From Actinomycetota bacterium (GTDB lineage: Bacteria > Actinomycetota > Actinomycetes > Mycobacteriales > JACQDL01): a stretch of DNA of 64,000 nucleotides. The DNA lies in NCBI GenBank assembly GCA_016201065.1, contig JACQDL010000039.1:1870-65869 (forward strand), written 5' to 3'. Under the pieces are notes generated by a model that saw only the letters and a program-made list of their open reading frames with translations, was not told the origin of the DNA and made no database searches. Below, piece by piece: positions 15,918 to 25,072 of the stretch. The number at the start of each line of letters is the position of its first letter. The first letter of the stretch is position 1. The position numbers and the translations under genes were made by a program.

Positions 15918-16565
15918 TCAGACGGTCGCGCCGTCGTCCGCGGTGACGCTGTCGTCCGCGGTCGACTCGGCGCCCACGGCCAGCTCGGCGTCCGCGGTCG
16001 AGTCGGCGCTCACGCCCGAGTCGGCGTTCGCGTTGGTCATCCCGCGTGACGGCTTCTTCTTGTGCGGGGCCATCACCATGATCATGTTGCGACCGTCCTG
16101 CTTCGGTGAGGCCTCGACGAAGCCCAGCTCGACGACGTCGTCGGCGAGCCGCTGCAGCAGCCGGAACCCGAGCTCCGGACGGGACTGCTCGCGCCCCCGG
16201 AACATGATCGTGACCTTGACCTTGTCTCCCGCGCGAAGGAACCGCTCGACGTGACCCTTCTTGGTCTCGTAGTCGTGCGGGTCGATCTTCGGCCGGAGCT
16301 TCATCTCCTTGATCACGGTCAGGCTCTGGTTGCGGCGGGCCTCGCGCGCCTTCTGTGCCGTCTCGTACTTGAACTTGCCGTAGTCCATGAGCTTGCAGAC
16401 CGGCGGCCGGGCCATCGGAGCGACCTCGACCAGGTCGAGGTCCGCTTCGGCGGCCAGCCGCAGCGCATCCTCGATGCGGACGATGCCGACCTGCTCACCT
16501 TCCGGACCGACGAGGCGAACCTCGGGAACCCTGATCCGCTCGTTGATACGGGGCTCGACGCTGAT
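15918..16565 (-). CDS. infC: translation initiation factor IF-3, ATC (non-canonical) start
   Basis: ORF 15918..16415 holds only the C-terminal two thirds. In-frame hand translation upstream gives [67 protein letters not shown] at 16565-16563 is preceded by GGAGG (plus strand cctcc, 16570-16574). The length 15918-16565 is 216 codons, in frame. Confidence 0.9.
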   Translation of the reverse strand: MSVEPRINERIRVPEVRLVGPEGEQVGIVRIEDALRLAAEADLDLVEVAPMARPPVCKLMDYGKFKYETAQKAREARRNQSLTVIKEMKLRPKIDPHDYETKKGHVERFLRAGDKVKVTIMFRGREQSRPELGFRLLQRLADDVVELGFVEASPKQDGRNMIMVMAPHKKKPSRGMTNANADSGVSADSTADAELAVGAESTADDSVTADDGATV

Positions 16566-16848
16566 GGGACCTCCTCAGGGTTGGCGGACCGATGGCGACC
16601 CACCCTCCGCAGCCCCGCCAGCACGGCAGAGGCCCCGCAGCGATGTGCTCGCGGGGCCCACTCGACCGGTCGACCCAACCTCACGGCGCGGCGGCCGTCG
16701 CCGCCAGGCACCGCGCGATGAGCGCGCATCACGCCGACACCGTCGCCGCGATGGACCGGACCCGGCCACCGGTAGGCGGCTCGGGTGGGAGCGGGGCTCC
16801 ACTTACACGTCCCCGAACGGGGGTCCGGGGACAGGTCGCGGGACCAGA

Positions 16849-17379
16849 CTAGCAGCGTTCGGCTCGATGAGACCGATCAGTCGAGGCCCGGTGCAGGGCC
16901 CGCAGGGCGCGGACCGCGGCCACCGTCCGGTCACCGTCCACCGCCTGCACGGCCATCAGCGCGATCTGCTCGTCGGCCGCGAGCTCCAGCGTGGCCCACG
17001 GCGCCCCGTCCCGGAAGCTCACCGCGCGGACCAGGCCCCAGGGCACCTGGTAGTGACCGACGATGTTGCGTATCCGCAGACCGTCCGGGGTGGCCTCCAG
17101 CCGCGCCCTGGCCAGCCACAGCAGCCCGACGGCCACCGCGACCCCGACGCCGAAGATGCCGATCCGGTCGGCCAGCCCGACGCTGGTCTGGCCATTCGGG
17201 GTGGTGACGATCCGGTCCGAACCGGAACTCGGCAGGGTCAGGGTGATGGCCGCGAAGATGACGACGACCGCCGCCGCGGCGCTCCAGCAGACCATCCGCA
17301 TCCGCCGCGGCCGGACGGTCAGCCGGCCCGCCGGCGCCGGGCCGGTGGGGTCCACCGGGTCCACCGGGTCCGCGAGCAC
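16849..17379 (-). CDS. PH-domain (bacterial pleckstrin-like) membrane protein
   Basis: ORF 16849..17379. Two predicted TM helices (AAAVVVIFAAITLTL, IGIFGVGVAVAVGLLWLA) are followed by LEATPDGLRIRNIVGHYQVPWGLVRAVSF, which matches the low-molecular-weight-antigen/PH-domain family pattern. Confidence 0.7.
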   Translation of the reverse strand: MLADPVDPVDPTGPAPAGRLTVRPRRMRMVCWSAAAAVVVIFAAITLTLPSSGSDRIVTTPNGQTSVGLADRIGIFGVGVAVAVGLLWLARARLEATPDGLRIRNIVGHYQVPWGLVRAVSFRDGAPWATLELAADEQIALMAVQAVDGDRTVAAVRALRALHRASTDRSHRAERC

Positions 17380-17381
17380 CG

Positions 17382-18257
17382 CTACTCCACGATCTTGGAG
17401 ATCGGAAGCTCCAGGATGTCCCGGCCACCGGCCGCCTTCAAGGCCGGGATCAGGGTGTTCACGCCCCGCTTGGCCACCACGGTCTCCACCGCGCGCATCT
17501 GCTCATCCGCGAGCCGGGTCACCGTCGGGGAGCTCAGCGCCGGCAGCAGCCCGAGGACCTGCTCCAGCCGGTCGGCGGGGACGTTCAGCTTGAGCAGGAC
17601 CTGGCTGCGGGCCCGGATCGCGCCGCGCAGCAGCAGGGCGATGTCCTCCATCGCGGCGCGCTTCGCCGGATCGGCGTACGCGGTGGTGTTCGCCACCAGC
17701 TCGGTGTAGCTGGTGAGCAGCGTGTCCAGGATCCGCAGGCCGTTCTTGCGCAGCGACGAGCCGGTCTCGGTGAGGTCGACGATGGCGTCGACGATGTCCG
17801 GCACCTTCGCCTCGGTGGCGCCGTAGGAGGGCACCACCATGGCCTTGACCCCGTGCCCTTCGAGGAACTGCCGGGTCAGCACCGGGAACTCGGTGGAGAT
17901 CCGGATCCCCGGTGGCAGCTCGGCCGCGCTCTGCCAGGGCGCGTCCTTCGGCACGGCGAGCACCACCCGGACCGGGTTCGCGGTCGCCTTGCTGTAGCGC
18001 AGCTCGCCGAGGCTGGTCACCTCCGCAGCGGTCTCGGTGATCCAGTCCCGGCCGGTGATACCGAGGTCGAACAGCCCCTGCTCGACATACTGGGGGATCT
18101 CCTGCGGGCGCAGGAACCGCACCCGGTCGATCCGGGGGTCGTCGATCGCCGCGTGGTAGTCGCGGTCCGAGCCACGCCGCACCGACAGGTCGGCGGCGTC
18201 GAAGAGCTCCAGGGTGGCCATCTCCAGCGAGCCCTTGGGGAGCACGACGGACAGCAT
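17382..18257 (-). CDS. hisG: ATP phosphoribosyltransferase (long form)
   Basis: ORF 17382..18257. Sequence MLSVVLPKGSLEMATLELFDAADL...RFLRPQEIPQYVEQGLFDLGITGRDW. Confidence 0.95.
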   Translation of the reverse strand: MLSVVLPKGSLEMATLELFDAADLSVRRGSDRDYHAAIDDPRIDRVRFLRPQEIPQYVEQGLFDLGITGRDWITETAAEVTSLGELRYSKATANPVRVVLAVPKDAPWQSAAELPPGIRISTEFPVLTRQFLEGHGVKAMVVPSYGATEAKVPDIVDAIVDLTETGSSLRKNGLRILDTLLTSYTELVANTTAYADPAKRAAMEDIALLLRGAIRARSQVLLKLNVPADRLEQVLGLLPALSSPTVTRLADEQMRAVETVVAKRGVNTLIPALKAAGGRDILELPISKIVE

Positions 18258-18339
18258 GCGGGCGCCTCTCTGGTCGACACGGGTGCGGGCGGCTGAGCGG
18301 CCAGGGGTTCAGCTGCCGGGGGCACGGCCGCCGGGGGTT

Positions 18340-20113
<1,774 letters not shown>

Positions 20114-20117
<4 letters not shown>

Positions 20118-20713
20118 GTGGCCTCCTCGACCGAGATCAGCCGCTGCACGTACTTCGCCAGCACATCGACCTCGAGGTTGACCGGATCGCCGCTGGTGCG
20201 GGCACCGAGCGTCGTCCCGGCGAGCGTGGTCGGGATCAACCCGACCTCGAAGTAGTCCGGCCCGACCGCGGTGACCGTCAGGCTCACCCCGTCGACGGCG
20301 ATCGCGCCCTTCTCCGCCACGTAGCGGGCCAGCTCGACCGGCAGGCCGAACCGTACGACCTCCCAGGCCTCGCCCGGGGTCCGGGAGAGCACCGTTCCGG
20401 TGCCGTCAACGTGGCCCTGCATGATGTGGCCGCCAAGCCGGCCACCGGCCGGCACCGCCCGTTCGAGGTTCACCGGGTCTCCGGGGCGCAGCGCGCCGAG
20501 CGTGGTCCGGACGAGCGTCTCGGCCATGACGTCGGCGGCGAAGACGCCATCGCCGAGCTCGGTGACGGTCAGGCAGACGCCGTTCACGGCGATCGAGTCG
20601 CCGGGGCGGGCGTCGCTGGTGGCCAGCGGGGCGCGCACCCGCAGCACCGCGGACTGCCCGGTGGAGTTGACATACAGAAGCTCGCCGCGTTCCTCGACGA
20701 TGCCGGTGAACAT
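20114..20713 (-). CDS. ribE: riboflavin synthase (alpha chain)
   Basis: ORF 20114..20827 trimmed to ATG 20713 ([15 protein letters not shown]...[13 protein letters not shown]). A GAGGGAGGG Shine-Dalgarno lies just upstream. Confidence 0.94.
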
Positions 20714-20846
20714 CCGGTCATGCCCTCCCTCGCGGTCGGTCGCGACGACCGGGGAGGCGCTGGGAGGTACGGCGGAACGCGGCCCAGGAACGGCCGCGAC
20801 CCTCGCGGTCAGCACGCCGGGAGCCACTCGGCCACCGGCACTGCCC

Positions 20847-20974
20847 GCGCGCTACCTCCCATCCGGACTTTCACCGTCGGTGCCGGAATCTCACCGGCTC
20901 CACCACTGGCTGGCTGCCAGCGGGTCGCGGACTGTCACCGCCGGTTCGGAGTTTCACCGACCCCGGAGCGCGCG
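20847..20974 (-). ncRNA. FMN riboswitch (RFN element) controlling ribE-ribBA-ribH
   Basis: Minus-strand RNA reads CGCGCUCCGGGGUCGGUGAAACUCCGAACCGGCGGUGACAGUCCGCGACCCG...GGAGCCGGUGAGAUUCCGGCACCGACGGUGAAAGUCCGGAUGGGAGGUAGCGCG. This matches the conserved RFN core segments (GGUGAAAnUCC, ACCGGCGGU, CCGACGGUnAAAGUCCGGAUGGGAG) and has a closing P1 helix. Confidence 0.9.
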
Positions 20975-20992
20975 ATCTTGCGTGTCGGCCCC

Positions 20993-20998
20993 ATCATA
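20993..20998 (-). promoter_or_regulatory. candidate -10 hexamer TATGAT for the rib operon/riboswitch transcript
   Basis: Plus strand atcata, which is TATGAT on the minus strand, about 20 nt upstream of the riboswitch 5' end. No convincing -35 was seen. Confidence 0.3.
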
Positions 20999-21096
20999 GC
21001 CACACCTATCGGTAGGTCGTGCGGAGACCGTGCCGAGATGTCCGGTCGTCACCGCCGTTCTCAGCTGAGTCGCCGCGGAGGATGGGGCGAGCCGGG

Positions 21097-22233
21097 TCAG
21101 CGGGGTGGGTAACCGGTGACCGGCTCGGGTCCGAGGTCGACGATGGCCGCGACCGGACCGCCACCGTCGGGTCCCTGGTGGGCCGCCGAGACTGAGACGA
21201 ACACCGCGGGGTCCCCGGTCACCGAGGCGGCCACCCCGCCGACACACGCCTTGATCTGCCGGTGCCAGTGCACGTCGGAGTCGTCGAGCATGGCGTTGCG
21301 CCGGCCGCGCACCATCCCGTCCGCGGATGCCTCGCACTTGAGGAAGACGTTGACCAGCCGCCCGGCGAGGTCCCCGGAGCGGGGCCGGTCCGGCAGCGCC
21401 AGGCCGGCGTCGGCGATCGCGGTCCAGATCCCGTCGGCGTCCAGCGCGTCCCGCATCACACCGTGCCCGATCCGGTACCGGCCGCCGATGCCGCGCACGT
21501 TGCCGACCACGACGACCTGCGCCCGATCCAGCTCCACGCCGGAGGAGCAGCTCGCGACGGCCGAGTAGACGGAACGGTCGTGCAGCACGACCGAGTCGTC
21601 GGGCATCTCGATCTCACCGAGCGCGACCGCGATGCCCAGCGCGGTCGCGCCGTTGGACAGGTCCATCGACTCGTGGGTGTTCTCCGTCCACACCCGCTGC
21701 CCGCGCGCCTTCGCCTCGCGGATGGTCTGGATCGTCAGCAGCGGGGTCTTGGTCTGCACGTAGTGGACATCCGCCGGGTCGATGATGCCGGCGCCGGCCA
21801 TCGCGGCCCGCACCCCGGCCGCCACCTTCTCGATCATGCCGCGCCGCCCGATCTCCTCCGGACGCAGCGGCTCGCTCATCGCGAAGCCGACCGACAGCCG
21901 GGGCTCGTCGCTGGCCACGGCCTGGTCGGCCGGCACCGTGGCGAAGATCGTGGCGTGCGGCGAGATCACCCCATCGGTGCCGCCGGACCAGACGATCGGC
22001 ACCCCGGCGACCTCCTCGGCGCTGCGGCTGCCCTTGGTGACCAGCACCTCACGGAACGCCCGGTCGGCGATGATCCGGGTGTAGTCGTTGACCCCGCCAT
22101 TCCCCTCGGTCTTGCCGATGACCGCGATCACCCGGTCGGCCTCCAGCACCCGCGAGTCGATCAGCTCGGCCAGCCCGGAGGCGTCCGAGACGTGCCGCAG
22201 CGGGATCTTGCGCACCTCGATGGGCTCGGGCAC
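21097..22233 (-). CDS. ring-opening amidohydrolase, cyanuric acid amidohydrolase (AtzD/TrzD) / barbiturase family
   Basis: ORF 21097..22233, 378 aa. From my memory of AtzD it aligns along the full length. Matching segments are [78 protein letters not shown] and [11 protein letters not shown]. Confidence 0.85.
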   Translation of the reverse strand: MPEPIEVRKIPLRHVSDASGLAELIDSRVLEADRVIAVIGKTEGNGGVNDYTRIIADRAFREVLVTKGSRSAEEVAGVPIVWSGGTDGVISPHATIFATVPADQAVASDEPRLSVGFAMSEPLRPEEIGRRGMIEKVAAGVRAAMAGAGIIDPADVHYVQTKTPLLTIQTIREAKARGQRVWTENTHESMDLSNGATALGIAVALGEIEMPDDSVVLHDRSVYSAVASCSSGVELDRAQVVVVGNVRGIGGRYRIGHGVMRDALDADGIWTAIADAGLALPDRPRSGDLAGRLVNVFLKCEASADGMVRGRRNAMLDDSDVHWHRQIKACVGGVAASVTGDPAVFVSVSAAHQGPDGGGPVAAIVDLGPEPVTGYPPR

Positions 22234-22239
22234 GGTGGC

Positions 22240-23229
22240 TCACCCTTCCTCTCGTACGGCGGTCTGGCCTGGCTCGGGTGTCTGTGGTGGCTCGTCGGGG
22301 AGTACGACGGTGCCGGCTTCGCCCCGGCTCGCGGCGGAGATCCGGTCCAGGTCGGTGATCACCGCGCGCCGGCCGCCGTGCTCGACGAAACGGCAGGCGG
22401 CCTCGACCTTCGGCCCCATCGCCCCGCTGCCGAAGTGCCCGGCGGCGGCGTACCGGCGCAGCTCGGCGACCCCGACCACACCGAGCGGGCGGGCGGCGGG
22501 CGTCCCCCAGTCCAGCATTGCCGCGGGTACGTCGGTGGCGATCACCAGCACGTCGGCGCCGACGCTGCGGGCCAGTATCGCGGCGGCGAGGTCCTTGTCG
22601 ATCACGGCCTCGACCCCGCGCAGCCCGCCGTCCGGATCGCGCACCACCGGGATCCCGCCACCGCCGCCGGCGACCACCACCACCCCGGCTGCGGCGAGCA
22701 GGCCGACGACCGGCGCGTCGAGCACCTCCAGCGGCTCCGGGCTGGCGACCACCCGGCGCCAGCCGCGCTCACCCCGGTCCTCCCAGACCTGGCCGTGGTC
22801 GATCATGGCCTTGGCCTCGGCCGCCGGCAGGTACCGGCCGATCGGCTTGGTGGGGTGGGTGAAGCCGGGGTCCGCGGCGTCGACGACGGTCCGGGTCACC
22901 ACCGCGGCGACCGGCCGGACCAGGCCCCGCGCGGCCAGCGCCCGCTCCACCGCGTTGATGAGGATGAAGCCGATCGTGCCCTGGGTCTGCGCGCCGCACC
23001 AGTCCAGCCCGACCGGCGGGACCACGGCGGCGGCGAGCTCGTTCTTCACCAGCAGGTTGCCCACCTGCGGGCCGTTGCCGTGGGTGACCAGCACCTCGTG
23101 ACCGGTGGCGATCAGCTCGGCGATCGGGGCGGCGGCCCGGTTGACCGCGGCGATCTGGTCCGCCGGGGCGGCGCTGCCGTCCGGCGCGGTCATCGCGTTG
23201 CCGCCGAGGGCCACCAGCAGCCGGCTCAT
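22240..23229 (-). CDS. arcC: carbamate kinase
   Basis: ORF 22240..23229. MSRLLVALGGNAM...VTHGNGPQVGNLL...GGGGIPVV are carbamate kinase / amino-acid kinase motifs. Short Pro-rich C-terminal extension. Confidence 0.88.
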   Translation of the reverse strand: MSRLLVALGGNAMTAPDGSAAPADQIAAVNRAAAPIAELIATGHEVLVTHGNGPQVGNLLVKNELAAAVVPPVGLDWCGAQTQGTIGFILINAVERALAARGLVRPVAAVVTRTVVDAADPGFTHPTKPIGRYLPAAEAKAMIDHGQVWEDRGERGWRRVVASPEPLEVLDAPVVGLLAAAGVVVVAGGGGGIPVVRDPDGGLRGVEAVIDKDLAAAILARSVGADVLVIATDVPAAMLDWGTPAARPLGVVGVAELRRYAAAGHFGSGAMGPKVEAACRFVEHGGRRAVITDLDRISAASRGEAGTVVLPDEPPQTPEPGQTAVREEG

Positions 23230-23245
23230 CCGGAAATCCGCCCGC

Positions 23246-25072
23246 TCATACGAAGTCCAGCTCGGAGTGGGGTTGGCCGGCGAGCGCGGCGTACCCGGGT
23301 CCGCGGTCGAAGAACGGCGCGCCCGGGTCGCGCCCGGCCCGCAACCGGGAGCGCAGCGCGTCGCTGGCCGGCTCGTCGACCTCGCCGTCCTGGCCCAGGA
23401 CCACCCCGTAGTCGGTCCGCGCCCCGGTCGCGCTCACCTTCCCCCAGGCGAGGTCGCGGGCCACCTCCCCGTACGGCCGGTCCAGCGGGTCACCCCAGCC
23501 ACCGCCCCCGGTGGTGCGGATCCGGATCAGCTCGCCCGCCCGCACCGGCTCGGCGTCCGCCAACGCGTCCACCTCCCGCTCGTCCGGCCCACCGGGGTCG
23601 ATGACCACTGCGAACGGTTGGCCGGCCCGGCCGCCGTTGACCCCCCAGCAGGACAGCATCGACCGGTCGGCGATCGACATGAAGTGCGCGTCCCGCAGCA
23701 TCCGGATGTGCTTGTCGTAGCCGAGGCCGCCGCGGTGCCGCCCCGGCCCGCCGGAGTCGACGGCCAGCCCGAGCCGCTCCACCACGAACGGCCAGCGGGA
23801 CTCGGCGAACTCCACCGGGATGTTGCGGGAGTCGGGGACCACGTGGATGGTGTCCTCGCCGTCGGCGTAGTACCGGCCACCGGAGCCGCCGCCGAGCACC
23901 TCCCGCATCAGGTACGGCGCGCCGTCGGCGTCGGTGCCGTACACGCCGGTGTAGCGGATCGTCTCCTGGTCGGCCGGCATCCGGCCGTCGGTGGCCTTGG
24001 CCAGCACGCCGGCGAGCACCCCGAGCAGCCGCAGGATGACGAACGTGCGGGCGTTCGTCGGCGCCGGGAAGATCGGGGTGAGCAGGGTGCCCGGCGGCGG
24101 GAAGCGCATCTCGATCAGCGGCACGACGCCCTCGTTGACGTCGAGCTCCGCCATCCGCTCCGGGGTGTCGGCGAGGTTGCGCAGGATCGGCGCGAGCCAC
24201 TTCTTGAGAAAGTTGCCGTCGGCGTGGTCGGCACAGTGGTTGATCGGCCCCTTCGCCTGCGGTGAGGTGCCGGTGAAGTCCAGCACCAGCCGGTCGGGTG
24301 TCTTCGTCAGGGTGATCCGCTGGGCGTGCAGCTTGGGCGGGTCGACGCCGTCGTGCTCGGCGTAGTCCTCCCACACGTAGCTGCCGTCCGGAATCTTGGC
24401 CAGCACCTCGGTGCGGAACGCCCGGGTCGTCCGGTCGATGATCGCGTCGAAGCACCCCTCGACGGCGGCGACGCCGTACCGGCCGAACAGCTCGGCCAGC
24501 CGGCGGGCACCCATCAGGCACGCCGAGCACTCCGCGTCGAGGTCGGCGGCGAGCGACTCGGGCATCCGGGAGTTGCGGGTCATGATCTTCAACGCCGCAT
24601 CGTTGGGGACCCCGGCGTCCCAGAGCCGGATCGGCGGCACCATCAGCCCCTCCTCGTACACGCTGCGCGCGTGCGAGGGCATCGACCCGGGGACGGCACC
24701 GCCGATGTCGTCGTGGTGACCGAAGGCCTGGACGAACGCGACGACCTGCCCGTCGTGGAAGACCGGCACGGTGACGCACAGGTCCGGCAGGTGCCCGATG
24801 CCGCCCTCGGAGGAGTAGACGTCGTTGTGGAAGAACACGTCGCCGGGGCGCATCGTCTCGGCCGGGTAGTCGCGGACGATCGGGTGGACCAGCGCCGAGT
24901 AGGAGCGGCCGGTGAGCTTGCGCAGCCGCCGGTCGTGGATGCCGGCCCGGAAGTCGTGCGCGTCGCGGATCATCGGGGAGCGGGCGGTCCGGCCGATCGC
25001 CGTCTCCACCTCGGCCTCGATCGAAGCCAGGGTGCCCTCGACGATCTCCACCAGGATCGGGTCAGCCGACAT
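23246..25072 (-). CDS. hyuB: hydantoinase B / oxoprolinase family protein (ATP-dependent N-methylhydantoinase B-like)
   Basis: ORF 23246..25072. MSADPILVEIVEGTLASIEAEVETAIGRTARSPMIRDAHDFRAGIHD is a typical HyuB N-terminus. Overlaps the hyuA stop by 11 nt. Confidence 0.9.
   Translation of the reverse strand: MSADPILVEIVEGTLASIEAEVETAIGRTARSPMIRDAHDFRAGIHDRRLRKLTGRSYSALVHPIVRDYPAETMRPGDVFFHNDVYSSEGGIGHLPDLCVTVPVFHDGQVVAFVQAFGHHDDIGGAVPGSMPSHARSVYEEGLMVPPIRLWDAGVPNDAALKIMTRNSRMPESLAADLDAECSACLMGARRLAELFGRYGVAAVEGCFDAIIDRTTRAFRTEVLAKIPDGSYVWEDYAEHDGVDPPKLHAQRITLTKTPDRLVLDFTGTSPQAKGPINHCADHADGNFLKKWLAPILRNLADTPERMAELDVNEGVVPLIEMRFPPPGTLLTPIFPAPTNARTFVILRLLGVLAGVLAKATDGRMPADQETIRYTGVYGTDADGAPYLMREVLGGGSGGRYYADGEDTIHVVPDSRNIPVEFAESRWPFVVERLGLAVDSGGPGRHRGGLGYDKHIRMLRDAHFMSIADRSMLSCWGVNGGRAGQPFAVVIDPGGPDEREVDALADAEPVRAGELIRIRTTGGGGWGDPLDRPYGEVARDLAWGKVSATGARTDYGVVLGQDGEVDEPASDALRSRLRAGRDPGAPFFDRGPGYAALAGQPHSELDFV

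Noticed and set aside
15918-16060. Acidic Ser/Thr/Ala/Asp-rich C-terminal tail of IF-3 with a repeated tccgcggtcgactcggcgc segment, and the Ala-rich tail of L20
   Set aside because: Low-complexity C-terminal extensions of translation factors and ribosomal proteins are common in actinomycetes as far as I recall. Nothing in the sequence suggests a separate function.
16566-16848. Structured 283-nt region upstream of infC, considered as an L20/IF-3 leader RNA. It has an 8-bp GGCCCCGC/GCGGGGCC hairpin near 16631-16658 and the palindrome tcgaccggtcga.
   Set aside because: Hairpins of this size are frequent by chance in 70% GC DNA. I know of no actinobacterial covariance model to compare with, and I cannot evaluate conservation without other genomes.
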